The notes below the pieces were generated by a model. The model was not told where the DNA came from, did no database searches, and saw only the letters and a program-made list of their open reading frames with translations. Shown one piece after another: positions 47,327 to 61,592 of a stretch of DNA of 64,000 nucleotides; within the stretch, counting starts at the first letter, position 1; each line of letters opens with the position of its first letter. This stretch comes from Okamejei kenojei (lineage: Eukaryota): contig CM069160.1 of NCBI GenBank assembly GCA_035221665.1, positions 8,432,001 through 8,496,000 on the forward strand. The letters run 5' to 3'. A program made the translations under genes and the position numbers.

Positions 47327-48907
47327 CAGTGGCTTGCAAAAGTTTTCATACCCCTTGAACTTTTCCACATTTTGTCATGTTACAACCACAAACGTAAATG
47401 TATTTTATTGGGATTTTATGTGATAGACCAACACAAAGTGGTGCATAATTGTGAAGTGGAAGGAAAATGATACATGGTTTCCAAATTTTTTTACAAATAA
47501 AAAACTGAAAAGTGTGGCATGCAAAAGTATTCAGCCCCCTTTACTCTGATACCCCTAAATAAAATCCAGTGCAACCAATTGCCTTCAGAAGTCACCTAAT
47601 TAGTAAATAGAGTCCACTTGTGTATAATCTAATCTCAGTATAAGTACAGCTGTTCTGTGAAGGCCTCAGAGGTTTGTTAGAGAACATTAGTGAACAAACG
47701 GCATCATGAAGCCCAAGGAACACACCAGACAGGTCAGGGATAAAGTTGTGGAGAAGTTTAAAGCAGGGTTAGGTTATAAAAAAAATATCCCAAGCTTTGA
47801 ACATCTCACGGAGCCCTGTTCAATCCATCATCCGAAAATGGAAAGAGTATGGCACAACTGCAAACCTACCAAGATATGGCCGTCCACCTAAACTGACAGG
47901 CCGGGCAAGGAGAGCATTGATCAGAGAAGCAGCCAAAAGGCCCATGGTAACTCTGGATATGCTGTAGAGATCCACAGCTCAGGTGGGAGAATTTGTCCAC
48001 AGGACAACTATTAGTCGTGCACTCCACAAATCGGGCCTTTATGGAAGAGTGGCAAGAAGAAAGCCATTGTTGAAGCAAAGCCATAATAAGTCCCGTTTGC
48101 AGTTTGCCACAAGCCATGTGGGGGACACAGCAAACATGTGGAGGAAGGTGCTCTGGTCTGATGAGACCAAAATTGAAGTTTTTGGCCTAAATGCAAAACG
48201 CTATCTGTGGCGGAAAACTAACACTGCACATCACCCTGAACACACCATCCCCACTGTGAAACATGGTGGTGGCAGCATCATGCTGAGGGGATGCTTTTCT
48301 TCAGCAGGGACAGGGAAGCTGGTCAGAGTTGATGGGAAGATGGATGGAGCCAAATACAGGGCAATCTTGGAAGAAAACCTGTTAGAGTCTGCAAAAGACT
48401 TGAGACTGGGGCAGAGGTTCACCTTCCAGCAGGACAACGACCCTAAACATACAGCCAGAGCTACAATGGAATGGTTTAGATCAAAGCATATTCATGTGTT
48501 AGAAAGGCCCAGTCAAAGTCCAGACCTAAATCCAATTGAGAATCTCTGGCAAGACTTGAAAATTGCTGTTCACAGATGCTCTCCATCCAATCTGACTGAG
48601 CTTGAGCTATTTTGCAAAGAAGAATGGGCAAAAATTTCAGTCTCTAGATGTGCAAAGCTGGTAGAGACATACCCCAAAAGACTTGCAGCTGTAATTGCAG
48701 CGAAAGGTGGTTCTACAAATTATTGACTCAGGGGGGCTGAATACTTTTGCACGCCACACTTTTCAGTTTTTTATTTGTAATAAAATTTGGAAACCATGTA
48801 TCATTTTCCTTCCACTTCACAATTATGCACCACTTTGTGTTGGTCTATCACATAAAATCCCAATAAAATACATTTACGTTTGTGGTTGTAATGTGACAAA
48901 TGTGGAA
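47327..48907 (+). mobile_element. Tc1-family DNA transposon, defective copy 2 (same family)
   Basis: Same left TIR; ATG at 47706; +1 frameshift in the A-run near 47780; ORF to 48726 with the DD34E triad; outer ~35 bp of the right TIR missing. Confidence 0.95.
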
Positions 48908-51900
48908 CAGTTTCCCCCTTACCCTGCCCCCCCCCCCCCACATAGAAAAGTTAAAGTTTCCCCCCACAGCAGACTTTAAACTAATTAAATAATTTTTAAA
49001 AACATTGAAAGGACAAACAGGCTGTAGGCAGAGGCTGCCATCAGTGCGGCAACATTCCTGCTATCTGCCTCTCCCGCTGAGCTACTCCAGCATTTTGCGT
49101 CTATCTATGATGCCAAACTGAACTAATATCAGTAGCGCAGCGGGTAAAGCCGCTGCCTCACAGCACAAGAGACCCAGGTTCGATCCTGACCTCGGATACT
49201 GTCTGTGTGAGCAGTTTGCACGTTCTCCCTGTGACCGCGTGGGTTTCCTTCAGATGCCCCGGTTTCCGCCTGCATCCCAACGACGTGCAGGTATGGAGAT
49301 AAATTAGCCTCCGTAAATGGCCTCCGGTGTGTAGGTAGTGGATGAGAACTTTGGATAACATACAATCAGTGTGAACGGGTGATCGATGGTTGACGTGGTC
49401 TCCGTGGGCCAAACGGTCGGTGTTCATGCTATATCTCTAAACTAAACTAAACTAAACTAAACTAAACCAATCTCCTCTGCCAGCATATGATCCATATCTC
49501 TCTATTCCTTTCCTAACCATGAACCTATTCAGAAGCCTCTTAAATGCTGGTGGCTGCTTTTGCTAAGAATTGTAGAAGTTTATAGATGCAAGAGACTGAC
49601 CCAATCACAGACAAGGTGGACTTCGTGGCGCATTTGGTAGATTCGCTGTCTCATAACGTCAGAGACCCGGGTTCGGTCCTGACCTCGGGCATCATCTGTG
49701 GGGAGTTTGCATATTCTCCCTGTCAACACGTAGTATAGTATGTGACTAGTAGACTCCGTAGAATGAAGAGCCCAGTTTCCACACTGTATCTTAAAACTAA
49801 ACTTAACTAATGGGTCACGACCCGAAACGGCACCCATCCTTTTTTCTCCAGAGATGCTGCCTGACCTGCTGAGTTACTCCAGCGCTTTGTGTCTATCTTC
49901 AGAGTAAACCGGCATCTGCAGTTTCTTTCTGCACACTTTGTCCCTGCTTTCTTCTGACCTTTTCTTACTTCCAATTCCTCCCCCCTACATTCAGCCTGAA
50001 GAAGGGTACCAACCCGAAACATCGTCCATCCTTTTTCTCCAGAAATGCTGCCAGGCCCACTGAGTTACTCCAGCACATTGTGTCCATCGGAACGGAACTA
50101 ATACTCTATCTGATGAAGGCCAATGTGGAATTCATTGCCCCAGAAGGCTCTGGAGGCCAAATCAATGCATATTTTTAAGGCAGAGATTGATAGTTTCTTG
50201 ATTAGTACGAGTGTCATGGGTTATGGGGAGAATGCAGGAGAATGGGGATAGACAGGGAAAGATGGGAAGAAGGTGGAAGATAGATCTGCCATGATTGAAT
50301 GGTGGAGTAGACTTGATGGGTCGAATGGCCTGATTATTCTCCTATCACTCATGAACGTATAGCAAACATGAGTATAATCAAACCATACAGGAATACAGTG
50401 GGTAGTGCAAATGAGAAGGGAGAATATAGTGTAGCAGCTGCAGAGAAAGTGCAGCTTATAACTTGCACGGATCACATTGAGGTAGATGGGGAGAATGTGA
50501 TTTTTTCCCCCGTGGCATATGACAGGTCCGTTCAAGTGTCTGATAACAGCGGGGAAGAAACGGCTCTTGATAAGTGATTACAAACTTTTATATCCTGTGC
50601 CCATAAGGGGAAAAATGATGAGGAATGATCAGGGTATGAGTGGCCCTTCATTAAGTTGGCTGCTGTCCCGGGACACTGAGAAGTGCACATAGAGTCGATG
50701 GCTGGGGGCTGCTGTGGGTGATGGACTGGGCAATATCTGCAACTGTGCAATTTCTTGCTGCCTTGGGCAGAGCAGTTGCCAAACCAAGCTGTCCCTTTTC
50801 TCCAGGGATGCTGCCTGGCGCGCTGAGTTACTCCAGCATTTTGTGCTTATCCTCTCTGGAGATCCACAGGGGGGCTCACGCCGGAGAGAAGGCAGGAAGG
50901 TCATTCAGGGCCGGTCCCAGCAGCATGCAACTCCATGCGAAGAGCGCGACCTAACGTGGTCGCTTGAGCCGTCCGGCGTCGCGGGGCTGGTCCCACTTCG
51001 ATCGCGGAATTGTGCGGAGTTCGTCCTGACATTGCGCGGGGCTCCGAAAAACTGACCATGTTCAAAAATTCCGCGCGGCAACGGCTTGTCGGCTCGCAGT
51101 CGCCTCGACGTCGTGCCTCCGTGGCCCTCTCTGTAGGTGTCTCCGTGACCCTCTGTGCCCCTCTCTGTGTGTGCCTCTGTGCCCCTCTCTCTGTGTCCCT
51201 CTCTGTCCTGGCGAACTTACCTTTAAGACTTTGCTCCAAGTTCGCCTCACTTTGCGCCGCATTTTGCGCCACTCACCCCATCTCCGCGCGGCCCCCGCTG
51301 CCGGTTTGGTCGCACTCACCGAATGGAGTCAGATGCTGGTAGGACAGACCCTTACTGCAGTTGTACAGGGCCCTGGTGAAGCCGCGCCTGGAGTATCATG
51401 TGCAGTTTTGGTCTCCTGATTTGAGGAAGGATATTCTTGCTATTGAGGGAATGCAGCGGAGGTTCATTATTGCTATTGAGCGTAGGTTCACTCGGTTAAT
51501 TCCCGGGATGGCGGGACTGACATATGATTAAAAAAAATGTGTCTACTGGGCTTGGGCTGACTGGAATTTACAAGGATGTCGTATACAAACATATAAAATT
51601 CTTAAAGGATTGGACAGGCTAGATAAAGGAAAAATGTTCCCGATGTTGGGGGAGTCCAGAACTGTTCCCGATGTTGGGGGCTCACAGTTTAAGGATAAGG
51701 GGTAGGCCATTTAGGACTATGATGAGGAAACACTTTTTCACCCAGAGAGTTGTGAATCTGTGGAATTCTCTGCTGCAGAAGGCAGTAGAGGCCAAGTCAC
51801 TGGATGTTTTCACGAGACAGTTAGATTTAGTTTTTAGGGCTAAAGGAATCCAGGGATATGGAGAAAAAGCAGGAACGAAGAACTGATTTTGGACGGTCAG

Positions 51901-52069
51901 CTATAATCTTATTGAATGGCGGTGCTGGGTTGAATGGGCGAATAGCCTACTCCTGCACCTATTTTCTATGTTTTTATGTTTCAGCCCTCCTTCCGAAGAC
52001 GCCTCGCCCCATGGAGTCAATTCACCCGGGCTCTCCAGAGGGAATTGAATTTGCTGTTTCAACAAGGTG

Positions 52070-52920
52070 ACCTTGGAAGCAGAGCGGTGGGGTAGAACTG
52101 ACCTCAAAGAGCCAGCGCCGGCCTGGTGTGTAGAATGGCCTGCTCGGTAAATAGATGGAAACAGTGGTGGAATAAAAGCAATGAACTCAGAGATCCAGCA
52201 CAGAATGGCCTGCTCCGTAATCAACTGGTAGCAGCAGTGAGATAGAAGTCCGTAATTAACTCGCATGCCAGCATAAGCCCGATGGGTAGAATGGCCTGCT
52301 CAATAAATAACAGGAAGCAGTTGTGTGATAGAACTAATTAACTCAAAAAGCCAGCACAGGTCTGACGGGTGGAAGTTTTGGTCTCCAAATCTGAGGAAAG
52401 ACAGTCTTGCCATAGAGGCAGTACAGAGAAAGGTTCACCAGACTCATTCCTGGGATGTCAGGACTTTCATATGAAGAAAGACTGGATAGACTCGGCTTGT
52501 ACTCGCTAGAATTTAGAAGATTGAGGGGGGATCTTATAGAAACTTACAAAATTCTTAAGGGGTTGGACAGGCTAGATGCAGGAAGATTGTTCCAGATGTT
52601 GGGGAAGTCCAGAACAAGGGGTTTAAAGATAAGGGGGAAATCTTTTAGGACCGAGATGAGAAAAACATTTTTCACACAGAGAGTGGTGAGTCTCTGGAAT
52701 TCTCTGCCACAGAAGGTAGTTGAGGCCAGTTCATTGGCTATATTTAAGAGGGAGTTAGATGTGGCCCTTGTGGCTAGAGGGCTCAGGGGGTATGGAGAGA
52801 AGGCAGGTACGGGATACTGAGTTGGAAGGGCCGAATGGCCTACTCCTGCACCCATTTTCTATGTTTCTATGTTTCTAAATGCCTGTTTGGTAAATAACTG
52901 GAAGCAGTGGTGGGGATTGT
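52070..52920. repeat. Degenerate 70-90 bp tandem repeat (agaatggcctgctc..taaata...ggaagcag), split by a CR1 insertion at 52375-52877
   Basis: agaatggcctgctc recurs at about 52132, 52202 and 52288; the unit resumes after 52878. Confidence 0.55.
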
Positions 52921-53429
52921 ACTGATCGCTGATAGTACAGATTGTACTGATTAGCTAGCTCGCATTGCATTCAAGATACATTCCTAGAGAATGGAGTGCT
53001 AAGCGAAATAGCGCTCTAACTCATTTTAACTAAGCATAAATGGAGATGTTATCTTGATAAGTTATTTTTAACTCATACCATTTATGGCTCCAGTATTAAA
53101 AGATTCATAAAACGACAAGTTTCCCCGATGCCCTGACTGTAGTTTTCATTCTCATGCACAAACCTAACAAGACCATCCAGAGATGCTGCGTGGCCAGTTG
53201 AGTTACACCAGCACTTTGTGTGCTGGGCAAGATTCTAGCATCTGCAGTTTCTTATGTCCGGGATAGTGTCGAACCATAACCTGGCCTGGGTGATGGACTG
53301 GGCTACATCTACAACTCTGCAGATTCTTGCGGTCCTGTTGGCAGAGCAGTTGCCAAACCAACTGTGATGCTTCACATTTCAATATACATTTTCATCTATA
53401 GAGTTGGTTAGTGCTGGAGTGAGGAACCA

Positions 53430-54100
53430 CCCACGAAAGTCTTTTCAGGTGAGGCAGAGTTTCACTTGCACCTCTTCCAACCTCATCTACTGTATCTGCT
53501 GTTCCAGGTGTGGACTCATATGTATCAGCAAGACCAAGCGCAGGCTCGGTGATGGTTTCGCTGAACTTCTCTTCTGAGTCTGCCTAAACATACCCGATCT
53601 CCCTGTTACTAAACTCCCCTCCCATTCCCACGCTGACCTTTCTTTCCTGGTCCTCCTCTATTGTCCGAGTGAGGCCAGCGCAAATTGGAGGAACAGCACC
53701 ACATATTTTGCTTGGGCAGCTAGGGTATAAATATTGACTTCTCTAACGTCGAGTAACCCTTGCCTTCCCTCTCTCTCCATCCATCCCCCTTCCCAGTCCT
53801 CTGACCAGTCTGACTGTGTCCCTAATTTACATTGTATCTCTGTTTGTTTTGTTGCCACCTCCTCCTAGATAACAATGATCTATTTTACATTTTGCTTGAT
53901 CCACATCTCTTTTGATTTGTCATTTTCACGCCTTACCTTCCTTATCTCTGTGGCTCCCTCTCCCACGATTCTCAGTCTGAAGAAGTGTTTCGACCCGAAA
54001 CGTCACCCATTCTTTCCATCTAGAGATGCTGCCTGTCCCGCTGAGTTGTTCCAGCATTTTGTGTCTAACTTCGATGAAAACCACCATCTGCAGTTCCTAG
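53430..54100 (+). mobile_element. Degraded Penelope-like element 3' part
   Basis: Recognisable FTCTSSNLIYCI.C..C and EEQH.IF.LG remnants followed by the terminal repeat segment. Confidence 0.7.
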
Positions 54101-54172
54101 AGAGCAAGATAACTAGCTCGCTAGATAGGCAATTCTCTGCAGGACGCGCTTTCTCTACCACTCACGCTGCGG

Positions 54173-54369
54173 NNNNNNNNNNNNNNNNNNNNNNNNNNNN
54201 NNNNNNNNNNNNNNNNNNNNNNNNNNNNNNNNNNNNNNNNNNNNNNNNNNNNNNNNNNNNNNNNNNNNNNNNNNNNNNNNNNNNNNNNNNNNNNNNNNNN
54301 NNNNNNNNNNNNNNNNNNNNNNNNNNNNNNNNNNNNNNNNNNNNNNNNNNNNNNNNNNNNNNNNNNNNN
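54173..54369. other. Assembly gap (N run)
   Basis: Run of n, flanked by degenerate tagatagc-type low-complexity sequence. Confidence 1.
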
Positions 54370-57300
54370 TAGCAAGTTAGGTCGGTAGCGAGCTAGATAG
54401 ATAGCAACATAACTAGATACCTAGAAAGCGAAATAGCTACAGGTAGATAGCTGGATAACCTGCTGGACAGCTAAATAGCTTGCTATCTAAAAGAAAGGTA
54501 GCTGGCCAGATAACTAGATAGCTTGATAGCAATTTAGGCAGCTACCTAGATACATTGACAGATAGATAATGGCTAGATTGATTTATATTCCCATTAGTTT
54601 ATTTGGTTTTGTTCTACCTTTCGTATTGTAGCTCTGCTGATCTTGTTGTGATCGCACTTCCCCAATAAGGTCTTTTCTTGCACTGTATTAGGCAAAACTC
54701 ACCGTAATCCGACTAAAAATTTGAAGTTGCTGCTGGAGATTATATTACAATTTTCTTCCTGTTGTTCCTGATAAACACCTACCCTTGCACGTCCTCATCA
54801 CTACATTGGGATAAATAAAACGATCAAACATCTGTGGAATTCTCTGCCACAGAAGGTAGTTGAGGCCAGTTCATTGGCTATATGTAAGAGGGAGTTAGAT
54901 GTGGCCCTTGTGGCTAAAGGGATCAGGGGGCATGGAGAGAAGGCAGGTACAGGATACTGAGTTGGATGATCAGCCATGATCATATTGAATGGCGGTGCAG
55001 GCTCGAAGGGCCGAATGGCCTCCTCCTGCACCTACTTTCTATGTTTGTATGTTTCTATCATAAAATAAATGAGCAACACTAAATGGTGCGAGATACAAAT
55101 ATCGATAGTTTGGTAGTTTTCTGCGGAGTGAAAACAATTGCTAGGATGGAAGTACAGAGATAGATTCTTCATTAGCAAGGATGTTGGAGGAGAAGGCAGG
55201 AAAATGGGGTTGAGAGGGAAAGATAGATCAGCCGTGATTGAATGGCAGAGTAGACTTGATGGGTTGAACGGTGTAATTCTGCTCCGAGAACATATGAACT
55301 TATGAAGCATGGTAGAGTACGCCCCAATCAGCAGTAATGATGCCGAAGAGGAAATGGTTGAGATCTTCAACTTCCGAGGGGTAAATATCACTAATAATCT
55401 GCCATGGACTAACCATATCTACCTCCCAAGGAGACTGGACGAAATTCGGCATGTCTCCAATGACTTTTAATACATCTCTGCAGATGCACCACATAAAGCA
55501 TACTTTCGGGTTGTATCACAGAAGGAACTGCAGATGCTGGAGAATCGAGGGTACACAAAAAGCTGGAGAAACTCAGCGGGTGCAGCAGCATCTAAGGAGC
55601 GAAGGAGATAGGCGACGTTTCGGGTCGAGACCCTACTTTCGGGTTGTATCACAGCTTGGTTTGGGAACAGCCCTGACCAGGACCACAACAAAATTGCAGT
55701 GAATTGTGGATGTAACCCAGTCGATCACGCAGACAAGATTTCTCACCACCGACTCCATCTACACCACGCTGCCTCGGAAAAGCAGCCAACAAAATCAAAG
55801 GCTTGACCCACCCCGGTCATTCCTTCTTCTCCCTGCTCCGGGACAGACAGAAGATGCTGTCTGATAACCGGCCTCGACCCGAAACATCACCACCCATTCC
55901 TTCTCTCCAGAGATGCTGCCTGTCCCGCGGAGTTCCTCCAGCATTTTTGTGTCTAGGCAGAAGCTTGACATCACGCACCGTCAGACAGGAACAGATTCGT
56001 CCCTCTGTTATCAGACTTCTGAAAACGGTCTTTCCATAATCATTGGGGTTATCAAGTTATCAACCACCCTTCAATGATGTTTCAGTTGAGTTCTGGTGTC
56101 CTCGAATCCCCTCTCTCAACATAAGGTCTCACCACCTATGCTACTAGTTAATTTTCTCTTTTACTCAGTTACTCTTTCACAAACAAATGCTGACTTTGTT
56201 CGATCATGTTAATGTTTTCTAGATGTTCTGGTATTAATTTTTATTTTGCTTTAGAATCCAGCATTCTCCCCACTGTTGTCACGAGGCAAGCTGATCTGTG
56301 AATCCCTGCTTAATCTCTCAGTCCTTTGATAAATAGTGCGTTTTCTCTGGGTGCTCTGGTTTCTTCCCACACGTCAAAGACGCACAGGTTTGGTGGTTAA
56401 TTGGCTTCGGTAAAATTGTAAATTATCCCAAGTGTGTGTAGGATATTGTTAGTGTACAAGGATCGCTGGTCGGCGTGGACGCGTGGATACGTGTTTCCAG
56501 GCTGTAACTGTAAACTAAATTAAAAGCAATAATGGGCATACCCTCCCATCTGTGGGAACAGCCAAGAGTCTAATTAACTGTGGGAGATATCCACCAATGC
56601 ACATTATGTTATGGGATACTTCCTTTAGTAGTCTAGGATGTAGATTGTAGAACAAAGGAACAGTTTACAATGGAAGACACAAAGTGCTGGAGTGACTAGT
56701 GGGTCAGGCAGCATCCCTGCAGATCATGGATAGGTGATGTTTCGGGTTGTGACCCTTCTTCAGACTGATTGTAGGGGGGAGGTGGGGAATGAAAGGTTGA
56801 AGCGAGAAGGGGGCGGGACAAAGGCTGGCAGGTAATAGGTTGATACTGGTGAGGTGGATGGTAATGAATTAGCGTTGGCTCCCCTCCCCCTCCGGAACAT
56901 GTGTTGGCCGGGAAGATCTTCGGGGACGGGCGACTGTACAGAAGAGTCCAGAGTCTCTGGGATGTTCAGCCTATAACCGGACGTCATCTGCTGAGAGAGG
57001 GGTTCCGTCTATCTCAAGGAGAAGCCAGCGACCTGAAGGTGAGTGTCGGCACACTCCCTCCGTCCCTCTCTGATCCTCCCCTCTCCCTTCCTCCTCCCAC
57101 ATCTGGACAGCACAAGGAGGTGGGCCAATCCACCTACGCCCCCGCACCACCACAACCCCCACCTCCATACCGCCGCGGGACGTACGACAACCAGGGCATT
57201 CAGCAACCATCTGAAAGGGGCAGTAGGCGGACATTTGCCAATCTCAGGGGCGGCTGCTGGCATCAGGTCCCCTATGTATCGGCGTGACGAAGGCATGGGT

Positions 57301-57837
57301 CAACGTTTCACGGAACACTTATGCTCAGTCCACCTTGGCCTAGGTCAGGGGTTCCCAACCTGGTTCGTCCCATTTACCCCTGGCAACTTTAATAGCACAT
57401 GACAATCTTATTTCATTTATTTATGAACAACTAATGATGAACAGATATGGGTTTACCCGCACCAAACACAGTCAGTCAATGAGAAAAAAGATGTACAAAT
57501 CCAGAATCAACAAATCTACCCCCTGGGTAGGCGAAATGTCCCCTCTGGGTAGGCGACATTTACCCCCCGGGGTGAATTTACCCCAGGTTGGGAACCCTTG
57601 GCCAAGGCGATCTCCCGGTTGCTAATCGTGTTACTCCCCTTCACATTCACATACCGACCTTTATGTCCTGGGCCTTCTCCACTATCAGAGTGAGGTCACA
57701 CGTAAATTGGAGGAACATAACCTCATATTTTGCTTGAGCAGCTTACAACCCAGCGGTATGAATATTGATAGACACAAAATGCTGGAGTAACTCAGCGGGA
57801 CAGGTAGCATCTCTGGATAGAAGGAATGGGGACATTT

Positions 57838-59292
57838 CTCTCTCCCTCCTTTAAAAAAGGAGGGAGAGAGAAAACGGGGAATTACAGACCAGTTAGTCTA
57901 ACATCGGTAGTGGGGAAACTGCTAGAGTCAGTTACTAAAGATGGGATAGCAGTACATTTGGAAAGTGGTGAAATCATTAGACAAAGTCAGCATGGATTTA
58001 CGAAAGGTAAATCATGTCTGATGAATCTTATAGAATGTTTTGAGGATGTAACTAGCAGAGTGGATAAGGTAGAACCAGTGGATGTGTTATATCTAGACTT
58101 TCAGATGGCTTTCGACAAGGTCCCACATAAGAGATTAGTATACAAACTTAAAGCACACAGTATTGGGGGTTCAGTATTGATGTGGATAGAGAACTGGCTG
58201 GCAGACAGGAAGCAAAGGTAGGAGTAAACGGGTCCTTTTCAGAATGGCAGGCAGTGACTAATGGGGTACCGCAAGGCTCGGTGCTGGGACCCCAGCTATT
58301 TACAATATATATTAATGATTTGTACGAGGGAATTGATTGCAACATCTCCAAGTTTGCGAATGACACTAAGCTGGGGGTAGTGTTTGGTGTGAGGAGGATG
58401 CTGGGAGACTGCAAGGTGAATTGGATAGGCTGGGTGAGTGGGCAAATGCATGGCAGATGCAGTATAATATGGATAAATGTGAGGTTTGGTGGCAAAAACA
58501 GGAGGGTAGACTATTATCTGAATGGTGGCAAATTAGGAAAAGGGGAGATGCAACGAGACCTGGGTGTCATGGTACACCAATCATTGAAAGTAGGCATGCA
58601 GGTGCAGCAGGCAGTGAAGAAAGCAAATGGTATTAGCATTCATAGCGAAAGGTTTTGAGTATAGGAGCAGAGAGGTTCTACTGCAGTTGTACAGGGTTCT
58701 GGTGAGACCACACCTGGAGTATTGCGTACAGTTTTGGTCTCCAAATCTGAGAAAATACATTCTTGCCATAGTGGGGGAACAGAGAAGGTTCGCCAGACTG
58801 ATTCCTGGGATTTCGGGACTTTCATATAAGGAAAGACTGGATAGACTTGGCTTGCACTCGCTAGAATTTAGAAGACTGAGGGGGGTTCTTATAGAAACTT
58901 ACAAAATTCTTAAGGGGTTGGATAGGCTAGATGCAGGAAGATTGTTCCCGATGTTGGGGATGTCCAGAACAAGGAGTCACAGTCTAAGGATAAGGGGAAA
59001 TTCCTTTAGGACCGAGACGAGGAAAACATTTTTCACACAGAGAGTGGTGAGTCTCTGGAATTATCTGCCACAGAAGGTAGTTGAGGCCAGTTCATTGGCT
59101 ATATTTAAGAGGGAGTTAGATGTGGCCCTTGTGGCTAGAGGGATCAGGGGGTATGGAGAGAAGGCAGGTACACTATACTGAGTTGGATGATCAGCCATGA
59201 TCATATTGAATGGCGGTGCAGGCTCGAAGGGCCGAATGGCCGAATGGCCTATTTTCTCTGTTTCTATGTTTCTCTGTTTCTATGTTTCTATG
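57838..59292 (+). mobile_element. CR1 LINE RT plus 3' end, (tttctatg)n-tail subfamily
   Basis: [48 protein letters not shown]; frameshifts. Confidence 0.9.
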
Positions 59293-60119
59293 AGACCCTT
59301 TGTCAGACTGAGAGTCGGGTAGAGGTAGGTACAGAGTTAAGGAAGGGTAAGTTGAGAAAACGAGGCCTCGAAGGAGGGACTCAAGCAAAATGTAGAATAC
59401 ATCATTGTTAGCTACTAGAGGGTGAGAACGACTATTCAATATTGACTTCTGTAACTTTAACAAACTATTGGATCCATTCTCTCTCCTTCCCTACCTCACC
59501 CTAGTCATCCTGCTAGTTTCGCTGTTCGTATCCCTTCATTATCACCATCTTCCACGGTCGACAAAGGGCCATAATTTGGTCCATATTTTTTGAGTCACCA
59601 GTACCGGCTGTTCCTTTTCTACCTTTAGATGCTGCACCTTTTCATACCTCTAGATTCCGTCTCCCATGAATCAAAGTCTGGGGAAACGTTTTCAACCTAA
59701 ACACCATGTATTCCTTTTCTCCAGAGACACCGCCTGACCCGCTGAGTTACTCAAAACAAAGAATTTCGCTGTGAATTGTCATGTGACAATAGAAGGATTG
59801 ATTGGTTCATTCATTCACGTCCCATGGTGTTCTGTCCACATTGCCGCGCCCGTGGTGCTCCCTCCCCTTCCCCTGCGCTTCCTCATTGACGCCCCTCCCG
59901 CGGCTTTGCCCATTCGACATCGCCGACAGACAGCACCCGTAGTCGGGTTGGAACCCGGGTCTCTAGCGCTGTGAGGCTCTACCGCTATGCCACCGTGACG
60001 CCCCGAAATACAGCCATTCGATTGCTACTCTCCGGCGCATCTGGCAGTACAAGGCGTAAGGCAGCAACCCCACCTGCTCAACTTCCCAGCTCAAAGTAAC
60101 ATTAGCAAATTTTCAAAGT

Positions 60120-61592
60120 AACATTAGCAAATTTGCAGATGACACAAGACTGGGTGGCAGTGTGAACTGTGAGGAGGATGCTATGAAAATGCAGGGTGAC
60201 TTGGACAGGTTGGGGGAGTGGGCAGATGCATGGCAGATAAAGTTTAATGCGGATAAATGTGAGGTTATCCACTTTGGTAGCAAAAACAGGAAGGCAGATT
60301 ACAATCTAAATGGCGTCAAGTTGGGAAAAGGGGAAGTACAACGGGATCTGGGGGTCCTTGTACATCAGTCTATGAAAGTAAGCATGCAGGTACAGCAGGC
60401 AGTGAAGAAAGCGAAGCACTTCAACGCCCCCTCCCATTCCTTATCCGACCGCTCGGTCCTGGGCCTCCTCCACGGCCAGAGTGAGCAACACCGCAAGTTG
60501 GAGGAACAGCACCTCATATTCCGCTTGGGGAGTCTGCATCCTCTGGGCTTGAACATTGAATTTTCTCAATTCTGTTAACCCTTGCTGTCTCCTCCCCTTC
60601 CCACCTCTCCCTCAGCCCTTAGGCCCTGGCATTCCCTCTCTCTCTATCTCTCTCCCCCACCCTAGTCGCACCAGCTTCTCATTTTCACACCACAAACAGC
60701 TTACAATGGCATGTTCCCTTTATCATCGATACTTTTTTTTGCATATCTTTCATTCATTGTTGTTTATCTCTCCACATCACCGTCTATATCTCTCGTTTCC
60801 CTGATCCCTGACCAGCCTGAAGAAGGGTCTCGACCCGAAACGTCGCCTATCTCCTTCGCTTCTTAGATGCTGCTGCACCCGCTGAGTTTCTCCAGCCTTT
60901 TGTGTACCCTCGATTCTCCAGCATCTGCAGTTCCTTCTTTAACAAAGCAAAGTGCATGTTGGCCTTTATAACAAGATAAATTGAATATAGGAGCAAAGAG
61001 GTCCTTCTGCAGTTGTACAGAGCCCGAGTGAGACCACACCGGTCTCACAATACCGAGTATTGTGCGCAGTTTTGGTCCCCTAATTTGAGGAAGGGCATTC
61101 TTGGTATTGAGGGAGTGCAGCGTAGGTTTGCAAGGTTAATTCCCGGGATGGCAGGATTGTCTTATGCTGAGAGAATGGAGTAGCTGGAGTTTAGAAGGAT
61201 GAGAGGATATCTCATTGAAACACATAAGATTGTTAAGGGCTTGGACACACTAGAGGCAGGAAACATGTTCCCGATGTTGGGGGAGTCCAGAACCAGGGGC
61301 CACAGTTTAAGAATAATGAGTAAGCCATTTAGAACTAGACGAGAAAACACTTTTTCTCACAGAGAGTGGTGAGTCTGTGGAATTCACTGCCTCAGAGGGT
61401 AGTGGAGGCAGGTTCTCTGGATGCTTTCGAGAGAGAGCTAGATAGGGCTCTTAAAAATAGCGGAGTCAGGGGATATGGGGAGAAGGCAGGAACGGGGTAC
61501 TGATTGGGGATGATCACCCACGATCACATTGAATGGCGGTGCTGGCTCGAAGGGCCGAATGGCCTCCTCCTGCACCGATTGTCTATCGTCTA
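60120..61592 (+). mobile_element. CR1 LINE fragment split by the PLE insertion
   Basis: KFADDT, WQ.KFNADKC..IHFG, then RPH..YC.QFWSP and the 3' tail. Confidence 0.8.
60415..60942 (+). mobile_element. Penelope-like element 3' end inserted into a CR1 fragment
   Basis: ORF 60162-60578 switches from CR1 RT (QQAVKKA) to PLE sequence (HFNAPSHS...[10 protein letters not shown]); the CR1 resumes at about 60945. Confidence 0.82.

Noticed and set aside
50901-51342. CpG-rich region with minus-strand donor-like motifs and ORFs
   Set aside because: It begins with a Harbinger-like terminal motif and contains simple repeats; no recognisable protein, so more likely transposon-derived than a host exon. Not fully excluded.
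53875-54375. ORFs running through X residues
   Set aside because: Artefacts of the N gap.
60162-60578. Apparent RT-GIY-YIG fusion ORF
   Set aside because: Chance in-frame junction of a PLE fragment inserted in a CR1 fragment; both are truncated.
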